Program-made: the position numbers and the translations under genes
The notes under the pieces: generated by a model
Databases searched by the model: none
What the model saw: only the letters and a program-made list of their open reading frames with translations
Told to the model about the DNA's origin: nothing
DNA from: an uncultured delta proteobacterium
GTDB taxonomy: Bacteria; Myxococcota_A; Polyangia; Polyangiales; Polyangiaceae
Assembly (NCBI GenBank): GCA_963696385.1
Contig: CAVOKF010000006.1
Location: forward strand, 453,387-517,386
Direction: 5' to 3'
DNA length: 64,000 nt
In this document: positions 1 through 9,846 of the stretch, in pieces
Numbering within the stretch: the stretch's first letter is position 1
How the letters are laid out: each line of letters starts with the position of its first letter

Positions 1-871
1 GCGGAATCGCAGACGGCTCTAAGTCGGCCGAGAACGTCGCCAGTTGCCCGACCAGCCTCGCGAGCGCCAGGTAGACCTCCTCGGGGTGGGCTCGATCGGT
101 GTCGACCAAGTGCGAGATGACGGGGATGGCGCCGTTCAGCGTATGCAACAGCCAAAAGCGACGTGCGTCGGTGTAATGAAACTCGACGCTCGATACGTTG
201 CGTTGTTTTCGCGCCGCGGTGAGTTCGCGCTGGCGCGCGACCATCGCACCGAGGACGCGACGCAACCCGCTCGTCACGAACGGCGCGACCGAGATGTGAG
301 TCACCGGAGGCACGAACGTGTCGCGCACGACCACTCGGCCGTCGGCTTGGCGAACCAGCTGCGCGACCGGCAAGGTGGTCATGCCCTCTCGCCGCTCGGT
401 CCCGAACACGATCCGCACGTTGGGGAGGGCGAACTCGACTTCCTGAGGATTGCCTCCCGTGTTGAAGTCGTCGACACCGACCGTCTGGCGGCCGAAGCGC
501 TGCTGGCCCGTCGGGGCTCCCGGCGGCGCCACGTTGGATAGGCCTTCGCTCGTGATGCCCACCAGCACGTCGAGCGCATTCTCTTCCGACCGGAGATGGG
601 GCTCGAAGGATCGCGGCTCGGGAAGCGGGTCGCCATGCTGTCCGCCGCATTGCACGACGAGGCCATCCGGCCAAACCGCCGCCAAGCGGCGCAATCCGAA
701 ATGGCCTGCCTGAAGGAGGCGATCGTCGATCTCGAGCACGGACAGGCCCCAGTCGTACCGGCGCAGGGCGGACACGCGCTCTCGAAGCCGATCTTCGTGA
801 AAGCGATCTTGAGCCTGAAAATGGTGCTGGCTGACGAACAGCCCTTCGGTCCAAATCGGCCTACGCCACAT
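1..871 (-). CDS. tssK: T6SS baseplate subunit TssK (3' end runs off the window)
   Basis: Not in the ORF track. Manual translation from ATG at 871 gives MWRRPIWTEGLFVSQHHFQAQDRF...YDWGLSVLEID...WPDG...FWLLHTLN...HPEEVYLALARLVGQLATF, matching the TssK motifs WxEGxFxxxxHFQxQD and HPxxLY. The frame is open to position 1. Confidence 0.88.
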   Translation of the reverse strand, partial: MWRRPIWTEGLFVSQHHFQAQDRFHEDRLRERVSALRRYDWGLSVLEIDDRLLQAGHFGLRRLAAVWPDGLVVQCGGQHGDPLPEPRSFEPHLRSEENALDVLVGITSEGLSNVAPPGAPTGQQRFGRQTVGVDDFNTGGNPQEVEFALPNVRIVFGTERREGMTTLPVAQLVRQADGRVVVRDTFVPPVTHISVAPFVTSGLRRVLGAMVARQRELTAARKQRNVSSVEFHYTDARRFWLLHTLNGAIPVISHLVDTDRAHPEEVYLALARLVGQLATFSADLEPSAIP

Positions 872-954
872 CGGCGGGAACCTTCGGGAGAAACAAAGTA
901 CACGCGGCACGACATGAATCATTCACGCCAGCCAACCGTTCGACGATCCACGAG

Positions 955-970
955 TGGCGCAGCGCTTGCA
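955..970 (+). promoter_or_regulatory. Putative sigma54 (-24/-12) promoter upstream of hcp
   Basis: TGGCGCA-GCGC-TTGCA matches the consensus TGGCACG-N4-TTGCW with exact spacing, in the tssK/hcp divergent intergenic region. Confidence 0.55.
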
Positions 971-1194
971 GCGCGCACGGTGCGTCTCCGCACGGCCCCC
1001 ATCCAGCTGCGAGGAGCACGGCGCCGACCTTACCACGAGCCCCGCGCGGCGCGGAAGGTTCACCCACGATCCGAAAAAGGATCACCCGTTAAGACGACAA
1101 GCATGGCAACGTTTCCCGGGTTACTGAATCGGGAGTCAACCAGACGCCCTGCCGCGGGGTTTCACGGGCAACGGGGCGATAGAGAGGTGGGAAC

Positions 1195-1698
1195 ATGGCG
1201 AGCAATATTTTCCTGTTGATTAACAGCCAGGACGGCGGTGCGGTCCAGGGCGAGTCGGTCGTGGCCGATTACAAGAACCAAATCGAGGTCACCGGTGTGC
1301 AATGGGGGGTCTCGCAGACCGGTTCGGCGCACAGCGGGTCTGGCGGCAGCACCGGGACGGCCACGGTCGATGACATCACGATTACGGCTGTCGTCGACAA
1401 GTCATTCCCCATTCTCGCTCAAATGGCCCATACGGGCGCGCACGTCGCCAACTCGACGTTGACGATATGCAAGACCACCGGGGGAAAGCTTCTGCCGTAT
1501 CTGGTCGTCAAAACGACCGGCGGGCTCGTCTCGAGGGTCTCGCTCAACGGAACCACGCCCGAAGGGGGAACGTCCATTCACACGATGCTCGTGAGCCTGA
1601 ACTGCGCGCAAGTGGAGTTCGATTACACGCCGCAAACCGCGGCAGGGCAGGGTGGAGCCGCCGTCACCGGCAAGCTCGACATCGCGGGCAACGCGTAG
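1195..1698 (+). CDS. hcp: T6SS tube protein Hcp (TssD)
   Basis: 167 aa with GES...YKNQIEV..VQWGVSQ..S.H.GSGG..G...V.D.....VDKS.P motifs. GAGG RBS upstream and T6SS context. Confidence 0.92.
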   Translation: MASNIFLLINSQDGGAVQGESVVADYKNQIEVTGVQWGVSQTGSAHSGSGGSTGTATVDDITITAVVDKSFPILAQMAHTGAHVANSTLTICKTTGGKLLPYLVVKTTGGLVSRVSLNGTTPEGGTSIHTMLVSLNCAQVEFDYTPQTAAGQGGAAVTGKLDIAGNA

Positions 1699-1828
1699 TC
1701 GCGGATCGCCGTTGTCCGAGACCGCCGGCCCTCGCGCGCCGCCCGTGAACTCTCGGGCGCTCCCTGCCCGGGGGGGGACCGGGGACCACCCCACGGCCAT
1801 GGCTGGGCGGGCGGGGCGTGGCCCCGAT

Positions 1829-4105
1829 TCAAGGCGTCGCCGGGGTCTCGGGGCAGTTCTTCGCAAACTTGCTCGTGTCGAATTGCCGTGCGCCCCAATC
1901 GAAGTCCTCTGGAACGCACGTGTCCCGGTTGTCGTCCGGCGACCACGATTCGACGAAGGCCTGCGCACGGTGCGACTCGGCGTCGGGAACGCGTAACGTC
2001 GTTTCGCCTTCGGGAACGACGTCGCGCAAGAACTCCGGGTTCAGCTCTCGAATGTGGATGGTCGTGGTCGAGGCGGCGCGGGCCATCAAACTCAAACGCA
2101 AACCAGGTTTGACCACGATCTCCGCCGTGCTTTCGAGGCGTTTGCCGTCGCGGCTGAACTGGAGTCGATGCAAGTTTTGGAGAGCCAACGCATAGGCTTC
2201 GATCGCGGGGACGTATCCCGCGGTCTCGTCGGGCAATAGACCCGCGTGAGAAAGTTCCCAGAATCCGGCGCTCTCGCCCGCCTGAGCCAACCTCGCGAGC
2301 ACCGCGAACGGCCCCATGTTGTACGCGGCAAGAACCAAGTCCCAGGCTCCTAGCGTGCGCTGCAGATCGGTCAAGAAATGGATGGCGGCATCGGTAGATT
2401 TCATCGGATTGAGCCGTTCGTCAATCTCGCCGTCGACGACGCGAAGGCCGTAGGCACGCGCCGACTCGGGCATGAACTGCCACAGGCCCCTCGCTCCGAC
2501 GTCGGAGGTCGCTCGCGGATCGCAGGCGCTCTCCTGATAGACCACGGCGGTGAGCCACGACGGGGCGCCGTACTTGACCAACGTGCTGTCGAAAATGTCG
2601 TCGTATGCCGCGCACTCGAAAAGCTTGGCTTGGAAGCGCTGCCGGCCCGCGATGTTTTTCGTGTTGAAGTCGAAAAGGGCCCGCAGCGTCGGGTCGTCGT
2701 GGATGGGAAAGTCCCGGGGCAACTTCAATCGCTGAAGCCAGGCCGAAAGCGGCGCCTCGGGCGCGGGTGCGAGCGTGAGGCTGGCGCGGTCGATCGGGTT
2801 GAACGCGTCGCGTGCGATGGGGGTCCACCCGCGGCCGCACGAAGCCGGGTCGTTCTTGCACGCGATCGCCATCCGGCCTTGTGCGTCGAGCAGGGCGCGC
2901 AGCTCCGGCGTCTCATGGCCGCGCTGATGGACCAACTGGGTCAAGGGGTTGGCGGGCTCGCTGCCGATCGAGGGGGTCGATGGGCGCGTCCCGGGGACCG
3001 GACCGGAGGCGGCGCTCGGACCGGGGTGTGGGGTCGGCTCGATGGCACCGCGCGATCGATGACCTCCAAGCAGGACGACCGACACCGTGACGATGGCGAG
3101 AAGGGCGATGGCTGCGGCCACGAACACGAACCATCGCGGAGCGGTCGGCTCCGTCGCGCGAGCCGCGCGATCCGATTTGCGAGGGCGTGGGGTCGAAGGC
3201 CAATCGGGGCTTCGCGACCCTTTCCGCCACGCATCGACGAGATAGGGCTTCTTGGGCGGCGCCCACGATGCGACCTGGGGCCGCTGGCCCGTTCGTGCGC
3301 GCAGCCCGAGAACGGCCGCCGGCAGGCCCCCGGCCGGCTTCGGCTGTTGGGGCTCCGCGCTCCGCCTTCCGAAGGCTCGGAGGCCCATGATGGTGCCGAG
3401 GAGCTTTGGAGGGCTCGGTACGCGAATCGAGTCCGGCAGTCGAACGGCAGGGGGATTGGCCGGGGGCGGGGTCGCCGGGGCCTTCGGGTTGGGCCCTCCG
3501 ACCCCTCGAGCGAGGTCGCCGGACGGCGCCTGGGCGGAGTGCATGGTGCCCGGCGTCGGAACCGGCCCCGGACGGCGCTGCGAAGCGTCGAGCATCGGCG
3601 GTTCCACCATCGACCCCGCCAGCACGCTTCGACCGAGAAGGGGAGGCCACGCAGCCGCCGGTCCCTCGGACGGAGCCCCAGCACTCGGTGCCGTTGCGGA
3701 TGGGCCAGGACGAACCGGTTCGATTCGCGAAGCCGCTCCGGGCATGTTCCCGAGGCTGCCCTCGTCGGCTCGGCCCTCCGGCACGCCGCGCGGCTCGTCG
3801 AGCCCGATATGCTCCGAAATACGCTGGACCGCATCGGCCACGGGGCTCGCCGGGCCGGCGGCGAGGATCTCGACGCGCTCGAGCAGCTGCGCGAGCGTCT
3901 CGGCGCCACGGGCGAGAGCCAGGGTTTTCAACTGGCCGGCTTCGCGACCGATCAGAGCGAGCTCTTGACGGATCGGATCGGGGCCGGTGCGCCCGTGGAG
4001 GTCGAGGCGGCGCTTCCAGCGCATGACCGAGTTCACGGTCGTCTCGCGCAAGCCGGGGTCGAGGTCCGGTGCCGGCTGCCGACCTGCCCAGCCTGGCCCA
4101 CTCAT
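1829..4105 (-). CDS. Membrane-anchored lytic transglycosylase (SLT/MltD-like) with long Pro-rich cytoplasmic N-terminus
   Basis: SLT motifs VYQESACDPRATSDVGARGLWQFMPESARAYG and AAYNMG, one TM segment (WFVFVAAAIALLAIVTVSVVLL), and a LysM-like C-terminal repeat (IRELNPEF). Confidence 0.85.
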   Translation of the reverse strand: MSGPGWAGRQPAPDLDPGLRETTVNSVMRWKRRLDLHGRTGPDPIRQELALIGREAGQLKTLALARGAETLAQLLERVEILAAGPASPVADAVQRISEHIGLDEPRGVPEGRADEGSLGNMPGAASRIEPVRPGPSATAPSAGAPSEGPAAAWPPLLGRSVLAGSMVEPPMLDASQRRPGPVPTPGTMHSAQAPSGDLARGVGGPNPKAPATPPPANPPAVRLPDSIRVPSPPKLLGTIMGLRAFGRRSAEPQQPKPAGGLPAAVLGLRARTGQRPQVASWAPPKKPYLVDAWRKGSRSPDWPSTPRPRKSDRAARATEPTAPRWFVFVAAAIALLAIVTVSVVLLGGHRSRGAIEPTPHPGPSAASGPVPGTRPSTPSIGSEPANPLTQLVHQRGHETPELRALLDAQGRMAIACKNDPASCGRGWTPIARDAFNPIDRASLTLAPAPEAPLSAWLQRLKLPRDFPIHDDPTLRALFDFNTKNIAGRQRFQAKLFECAAYDDIFDSTLVKYGAPSWLTAVVYQESACDPRATSDVGARGLWQFMPESARAYGLRVVDGEIDERLNPMKSTDAAIHFLTDLQRTLGAWDLVLAAYNMGPFAVLARLAQAGESAGFWELSHAGLLPDETAGYVPAIEAYALALQNLHRLQFSRDGKRLESTAEIVVKPGLRLSLMARAASTTTIHIRELNPEFLRDVVPEGETTLRVPDAESHRAQAFVESWSPDDNRDTCVPEDFDWGARQFDTSKFAKNCPETPATP

Positions 4106-4229
4106 CGTTTGATTTCATACCACGCCGAACCAGGCTCGGTGGGCGAGCCGGCGCTCCCGCCGCTCGATCGGACCCCGGGAGGCGATGCGGATCGGTCGAG
4201 CCGGGAGCTTGCGGGCGCCGACGGGCGCC

Positions 4230-4260
4230 TTGACAAGAATCGCACGCGCCCGGCTATCAT
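4230..4260 (+). promoter_or_regulatory. Possible sigma70-type promoter for the tssA operon
   Basis: TTGACA-N19-TATCAT ends 30 nt before the tssA ATG. The spacer is longer than optimal. Confidence 0.3.
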
Positions 4261-4290
4261 GGCCCGGTTGCAGGTCGTGGGTGGCGGCTG

Positions 4291-5352
4291 ATGCTGGATC
4301 TCGAAGCGCTACTGCACCCGGCGCCGTCCGCGCCGCCGAGCGGCCCGAACCTACAGTACACGACCGAATTCTCGAATCTCGAGCGAGTCGCAGCGGGTCG
4401 TCCGGAACGGCAGGTCGGTGGCCTCGTCGTCGCTGCGGAACCTCCGGAGTGGCGCGCCGTCGTCCAGGCGAGTTCCGCACTGCTGACCGCGAGCAAAGAC
4501 CTTCGGGTGGCCATCACGCTCGCGCGGGCCCTCATCGAAGTCGATGGATTCGGCGGTCTCGCCGACGGACTCACGCTCGTCCGGCGACTGGTCGCGCAGT
4601 ATTGGGACACGTTTCACCCCCAACTCGACGCCGAAGACGCAAACGACCCGACCTCGCGCGTCAACGCGATGGGTGCACTGACCCACCGGGACATGATCCT
4701 GGCGATTCGGGGCGCGTCGCTCATCACGTCCAAGACGTTCGGCAGCGTCACGCTGCGGGCCATCGACGCGGCGAGTGCGCGCCCGACCCCCGCGAAAGCG
4801 CCGGCGGCCGGGCCGGACGGAAAAGCCGCGCCCGAAAGCGCGAGCGCGCCGACCCTGACCACCATCGAAGCCGCCTTCCAGCAGGTGCCAGAAGGGGTGT
4901 TGGTCGAGGCGTCGGCGACCCTCCACCGGTGTTCGCAGGAGGTTCGCATGCTGGCCGAAGCCTGGGCCGAACGGCTGCCGAGTTCGGGACCCGACTTCAC
5001 CGAGCTTCGAAGAGTGATCTACCAGGCCGAGCAAGCCATCCAGACTCGGCTCGACCCACGTCAATCCGCGGAGGCGAACCGGCCGACCCAGGCGGCCGCC
5101 GAGGGACCGGCGGCGGCGGCCGATCGGGCGCCCACGATGCCGCGAGGAGAAGTCCGCACTCGCGATGACGTTCTCTGCGCGATCGACGCAATCTGTGCCT
5201 ACTATGCGAAAGCCGAGCCTTCCAGCCCGGTGCCGCTGCTGCTCCAGCGCAGTCGGCGGCTCGTGACGATGTCCTTCACCGATATCTTGAAGGAAATGTT
5301 GCCTGAGGCCATTCCGAACCTCCAGAAGATCTCAGGCAAGACCGACGGGTGA
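4291..5352 (+). CDS. tssA: T6SS protein TssA (ImpA N-terminal domain)
   Basis: LLHP...PSGPNLQY..EF..LE, SKDLRVA, YWDTFHPQLD, and C-terminal EPSSPVPLLLQR. Confidence 0.92.
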   Translation: MLDLEALLHPAPSAPPSGPNLQYTTEFSNLERVAAGRPERQVGGLVVAAEPPEWRAVVQASSALLTASKDLRVAITLARALIEVDGFGGLADGLTLVRRLVAQYWDTFHPQLDAEDANDPTSRVNAMGALTHRDMILAIRGASLITSKTFGSVTLRAIDAASARPTPAKAPAAGPDGKAAPESASAPTLTTIEAAFQQVPEGVLVEASATLHRCSQEVRMLAEAWAERLPSSGPDFTELRRVIYQAEQAIQTRLDPRQSAEANRPTQAAAEGPAAAADRAPTMPRGEVRTRDDVLCAIDAICAYYAKAEPSSPVPLLLQRSRRLVTMSFTDILKEMLPEAIPNLQKISGKTDG

Positions 5353-5377
5353 CGTCACCCCCCCCAAGGATGGGATC

Positions 5378-5911
5378 ATGAGCAGCCAAAAGTTCATCGG
5401 GCGAAATCGGGCTCCACGCGTTCAGATCGAGTACGACGTCGAGCTCTATGGGGCTCAGAAGAAGGTGCAGCTCCCATTCGTGATGGGCGTCCTCGCCAAC
5501 CTGTCCGGCAATCCGGCCGAGCCTCTTGCTCCGGTGGCGGACAGGAGCTTCGTCGACATATCGGTCGACAATTTCGACGATCGCCTGAAGGGCATGAAAC
5601 CCCGTGTGGCGATGCAAGTGCCGAACAAGCTCACCGGCGAAGGAAACCTCAACGTCGAGCTTCGCTTCGAAAAAATGGAGGATTTCAGCCCCGCGTCCGT
5701 CGCCCGCAGCGTTCCCGCGCTCGCGAAGCTGCTCGAGGCGAGAATCCAACTGGCCAATCTCATTACGTACATGGATGGCAAGACGGGTGCCGAAGAGCTC
5801 ATCGCTCGCCTCCTGAAAGACCCCGGTCTTCTGAGCTCTCTTGCCGCCGCCCCCAAACCAGCCGAGGCCGCCCCCGAACCAACGGGTGCCGGTTCTCAGA
5901 AAGGCCAGTGA
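5378..5911 (+). CDS. tssB: T6SS contractile sheath small subunit
   Basis: MSSQKFIGRNRAPRVQIEYDVELYGAQKKVQLPFVMGVLANLSG is a canonical TssB N-terminus. Confidence 0.96.
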   Translation: MSSQKFIGRNRAPRVQIEYDVELYGAQKKVQLPFVMGVLANLSGNPAEPLAPVADRSFVDISVDNFDDRLKGMKPRVAMQVPNKLTGEGNLNVELRFEKMEDFSPASVARSVPALAKLLEARIQLANLITYMDGKTGAEELIARLLKDPGLLSSLAAAPKPAEAAPEPTGAGSQKGQ

Positions 5912-5918
5912 CGGTCCC

Positions 5919-7421
5919 ATGGCCGAACAGCAAAAAGAGCGCGAAGCTCCGCAGCCGACGACCCCCGAAGCCGAGGGCAGCGATTTCGCAGCCCTGCTCA
6001 ACAAGGAGTTCAAGCCGCAGACGGATCGCGCGCGCACGGAGGTGCAGAGCGCCGTCCGCACGCTCGCCGAACAGGCGCTCGAGGGCACGAGCCTCACGTC
6101 GGGCGACGCCGTCACCAACATCAAGGCCATCATCGCGGAGCTCGACCGCAAGCTGAGCGATCAGGTCAACGAGGTCATTCACCAGCCGGATTTCCAGGAG
6201 CTCGAGAGCGCCTGGCGGGGGCTGCATTACCTCGTCAACAACAGTGAAACCGATTCCATGTTGAAGATCCGGGTCATCAACATCTCGAAGAAGGAGCTCG
6301 GCAAGACGCTGCAGCGTTTCAAGGGCGCAGCCTGGGATCAGAGTCCGATCTTCAAGAAAGTGTACGAGGCGGAGTTCGGACAGCTCGGCGGCGAGCCGTT
6401 CGGTTGCCTGGTCGGCGATTACTATTTCGATCACAGCCCGCCCGACGTCGAGCTTCTCGGGGAGATGGCGAAAATTTCCGCGTCGGCACACACGCCCTTT
6501 CTGGCCTCCACCGCGCCCTCTCTCTTCCAGATGGAGTCGTGGAAGGAGCTCAGCAACCCGCGCGATTTGACGAAGATCTTTTCGACGCCCGAGTACGCCG
6601 CGTGGCGCTCGCTCCGGGAGTCGGAAGACTCGCGCTACGTCGGTCTCACGATGCCGCGGTTTTTGGCGCGTCAGCCTTATGGCGCCAAATCGGCTCCGGT
6701 CGACGACTTCGACTTCGAGGAAGACACGGCAGGCGGCGACGCCGACAGGTTCACTTGGGCCAATTCCGCCTACGCGATGGCGGTCAACGTCAACCGTTCG
6801 TTCAAACTCTACGGTTGGTGTTCGCGCATCCGCGGCATCGAGTCCGGCGGGGCGGTGATGGGCCTTCCGACCTACACCTTCCCGACCGACGACGGCGGCG
6901 TGGACATGACGTGTCCGACCGAAATCGCCATCAGCGATCGGCGCGAAGCCGAACTGGCCAAAGCGGGCTTCATGCCTCTCATTCACAAGAAGAATTCGGA
7001 CTTCGCCGCATTCATCGGCGCGCAGTCGCTTCATCGTCCGGCGCAATACGATGACCCGGACGCATCGGCGAATGCCGCGCTCGCGGCCCGCCTTCCGTAC
7101 CTTTTTGCGACGTGCCGGTTCGCGCACTACTTGAAGTGCATCGTTCGCGACAAGGTCGGTTCGTTCAAAGAGCGCGACGAGATGCAGAAGTGGCTCCAGA
7201 AATGGATCCTTCAATACGTCGACGGCACGCCGTCGCACTCGAGCGAAGAAACCAAAGCGCGAAAGCCGTTGGCGGACGCCCAGGTGGTCGTCGAAGAAAT
7301 CGAAGGCGAGCCCGGCTACTATTCGTCCAAGTTCTTTCTCAGGCCCCACTACCAGCTCGAAGGTCTGACCGTATCGCTTCGCCTCGTTTCGAAGCTGCCG
7401 TCTGCGAAGGCCGCTGGGTGA
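5919..7421 (+). CDS. tssC: T6SS contractile sheath large subunit
   Basis: FQELESAWRGLHYLV, CPTEIAISDRREAEL, ARLPYLFATCRFAHYLK and RPHYQLEG motifs. Start placed at ATG 5919. Confidence 0.96.
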   Translation: MAEQQKEREAPQPTTPEAEGSDFAALLNKEFKPQTDRARTEVQSAVRTLAEQALEGTSLTSGDAVTNIKAIIAELDRKLSDQVNEVIHQPDFQELESAWRGLHYLVNNSETDSMLKIRVINISKKELGKTLQRFKGAAWDQSPIFKKVYEAEFGQLGGEPFGCLVGDYYFDHSPPDVELLGEMAKISASAHTPFLASTAPSLFQMESWKELSNPRDLTKIFSTPEYAAWRSLRESEDSRYVGLTMPRFLARQPYGAKSAPVDDFDFEEDTAGGDADRFTWANSAYAMAVNVNRSFKLYGWCSRIRGIESGGAVMGLPTYTFPTDDGGVDMTCPTEIAISDRREAELAKAGFMPLIHKKNSDFAAFIGAQSLHRPAQYDDPDASANAALAARLPYLFATCRFAHYLKCIVRDKVGSFKERDEMQKWLQKWILQYVDGTPSHSSEETKARKPLADAQVVVEEIEGEPGYYSSKFFLRPHYQLEGLTVSLRLVSKLPSAKAAG

Positions 7422-7470
7422 CATCCGCGATGGGTCGGTTCGTGCGCTCTGTCTCGGCGAGGCTCGGCCC

Positions 7471-7977
7471 GTGGGCGAACTGATCCCCAAGGATCGGTTG
7501 CAACCGTCCTTGCTCGACCGGCTCACCGACGAAGAGCCGACCGTGGGTGTCGAGGCTGCCGACAAGCGCGTGCTCTCGCTCGCTCGGCTGCGGGAGTCGG
7601 TTCGTCGCGATTTGGCCTTTCTTCTCAACGCGACGCAGCTCGCCGCTCTGCAGGACTTGAGCGACTTCCCGGAAGTCGAGCGGTCCACGTTGAACTACGG
7701 AATGCCGGACCTCACGGGCCGATCGGCGTCGACGATCGACAAAGGCGCTCTCGTTCGCATCGTGCGTCGCGCGGTGAACGACTTCGAGCCGCGCCTCTTG
7801 AAGCCGTCGCTCAAGGTCAACATTCAGGTCAATCCGGACAAGCACGACCCGAACGCGCTCCGCTTCGACATCGAGGCGGACCTATGGTCGCAGCCTTTGC
7901 CGCTCCGGTTGCAGTGGAGAGCGGACCTCACGTTGGAAGACGGACAGACGCGCGTCGTCGAAGCGGCCCCCGGTTAG
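7471..7977 (+). CDS. tssE: T6SS baseplate subunit TssE (gp25-like)
   Basis: RLQPSLLDRLTD, VRRDLAFLLN, STLNYGMPDL and FEPRL motifs. Confidence 0.93.
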   Translation: MGELIPKDRLQPSLLDRLTDEEPTVGVEAADKRVLSLARLRESVRRDLAFLLNATQLAALQDLSDFPEVERSTLNYGMPDLTGRSASTIDKGALVRIVRRAVNDFEPRLLKPSLKVNIQVNPDKHDPNALRFDIEADLWSQPLPLRLQWRADLTLEDGQTRVVEAAPG

Positions 7978-7980
7978 CCC

Positions 7981-9846
7981 GTGGATCACCGACTGCTCGA
8001 GTATTACAACCGCGAGCTACGGTATCTGCGCGAGCTCGGTGGCGAATTCGCGCGTGATTTCCCGAAGATCGCCGGCCGGTTGGGCCTCGATGCGTTCGAG
8101 TGCGCCGACCCCTACGTCGAGCGCCTGCTCGAGGGCTTCGCGTTTCTCGCGGCCCGGGTCCAACTCAAGATCGACGCAGAATTTCCGAACTTCTGCGAAC
8201 AATTGTTGGGTCTCGTCTACCCGCATTACCTGGGATCGACGCCGTCGATGGCGGTCGTCGAATTCTCGCCGGACGAACGGCAAGGCCACCTGGGCGACGG
8301 CTTCGTGGTTTCGCGCGGAAGCGCACTGCGGGCCAGCCCACTTCGGAACGAGACAGGGTGTGAGTACCGCACGGCCCATGACGTCACCCTCTGGCCGATC
8401 GAGGTCGAGACCCTGACGATGGCGGCCTCGGCCGGTGGCCCGGAAGCCAACCTGTCGACCTCGCGGCCGGTGAAGTCCACGCTGCGGCTGCGCTTGCGTA
8501 CGACGAACGGGTTGCCCTTCGCTCGGATGTCGCTCGACGACCTGACGCTGTTTTTTCGGGGAGGCGATTCGGTCGCCTGGCGTTTTTTTGAGCTCGTCGT
8601 CGGTGGCACGGTGGCCGTGGCGTCGCGCGAGCCCCTCGCCGAGTCGTGGACGAAAATCGACGAGGCGAAGGTGCTTCCGATCGGCACGGCCGACTCGGAG
8701 TCGTTGCTGCCCTGCGGGCCGCGCGCGTTTCAAGGATACCGGCTATTGCACGAGTACTTCGCGTTCCCGCAGCGGTTTCTCTTCGCGCGACTGACCGGGC
8801 TGTCGCGGGCCGTCCGCGCGTGCCCAGGCGACCAGCTCGATTTGCTCGTCGCGCTCGATCGCTACGATCCGAGCGTCGAGGCGGCGGCCAAGCCGTCCGG
8901 CGTATCTCTTTTTTGCACGCCGGCCGTGAACCTATTTCCCAAATCCGCCGATCGCATTCAGCTCGGCGATTCGGACCACGAATACCATGTCGTTGCCGAC
9001 CGCGCTCGTCCGCTCGACTTCGAGGTCCATTCGGTGACCCGCGTGACCGGCTACGGCGCCAAGGGCGAAGCCGTGCAGGAGTTTCTGCCCTTTTACCGAC
9101 GTCGGCACGGCGGGATCGCGTCCGCCGCGGCTGCGTTTTACACCGTTCAGCGCCGCGAGCGACTTCTGTCCGGCAGGGTGCGGACCGAGGGGCCGCGATC
9201 GAGCTATCTGGGCGGCGAGGCCTTCGTCGCGCTGGTCGACGGCCGCCATGGACCGTTCCGAGCGGAGCTCCGTCAGCTCTCCGTCGAGACACTCTGCACC
9301 AACCGCGATCTGCCGCTTCTCATGCCCATCGGACAGGGCGAAACCGACTTCACGATGGATGCGGGCGCGCCCCTCAAGACGATCCGGTGCGTGGCCGGCC
9401 CCTCGGAGCCCGTAGCGTCGCTCGCCGGCGGCGAGACGAGCTGGCGGCTCATCAGCCATCTTTCCCTCAACTATCTCGCGGTGACGGACGTGTCCGAAGA
9501 GGAGGGCGCGCTCGCGCTACGCGAGCTCCTTTCGCTCTACGCGAACATTGCGGACGCTTCCAGCCGCCGTCAGATCGCCGGTGTGCGCCATACGAGCACT
9601 CGCCCGATCGTCCGCCGGTTGCCCGTGGACGGTCCTCCGAGCTTCGTTCGCGGCATCGAAATGACCGTCGACTGCGACGAGGCTTCGTTCGAGGGCACCA
9701 GTGCATTCGTCCTCGGGATCGTCCTGGCTCAATTTTTCGCGCGATACGTTTCGATCAACTCGTTCGTCGAGACGGTCATTCGCACGCAACAACGCGGAGT
9801 GATCGCACGATGGCCGCTGACGGTGGGCAGGCGCCCCGTTCTGTGA
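7981..9846 (+). CDS. tssF: T6SS baseplate subunit TssF
   Basis: LLEYYNRELRYLRE, DPYVERLLEGFAFL, GYRLLHEYFAFPQRF, CTPAVNLF and RYVSINSF motifs. Confidence 0.95.
   Translation: MDHRLLEYYNRELRYLRELGGEFARDFPKIAGRLGLDAFECADPYVERLLEGFAFLAARVQLKIDAEFPNFCEQLLGLVYPHYLGSTPSMAVVEFSPDERQGHLGDGFVVSRGSALRASPLRNETGCEYRTAHDVTLWPIEVETLTMAASAGGPEANLSTSRPVKSTLRLRLRTTNGLPFARMSLDDLTLFFRGGDSVAWRFFELVVGGTVAVASREPLAESWTKIDEAKVLPIGTADSESLLPCGPRAFQGYRLLHEYFAFPQRFLFARLTGLSRAVRACPGDQLDLLVALDRYDPSVEAAAKPSGVSLFCTPAVNLFPKSADRIQLGDSDHEYHVVADRARPLDFEVHSVTRVTGYGAKGEAVQEFLPFYRRRHGGIASAAAAFYTVQRRERLLSGRVRTEGPRSSYLGGEAFVALVDGRHGPFRAELRQLSVETLCTNRDLPLLMPIGQGETDFTMDAGAPLKTIRCVAGPSEPVASLAGGETSWRLISHLSLNYLAVTDVSEEEGALALRELLSLYANIADASSRRQIAGVRHTSTRPIVRRLPVDGPPSFVRGIEMTVDCDEASFEGTSAFVLGIVLAQFFARYVSINSFVETVIRTQQRGVIARWPLTVGRRPVL

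Noticed and set aside
44..1219. ORF-track ORFs 44..541, 379..915 and 596..1219
   Set aside because: They are shadow frames of the minus-strand tssK, which the track missed because it runs off the window.
8646..9842. N-terminal extension of TssG (740-aa ORF)
   Set aside because: It overlaps tssF out of frame. TssG homology starts at the GTG at 9843.
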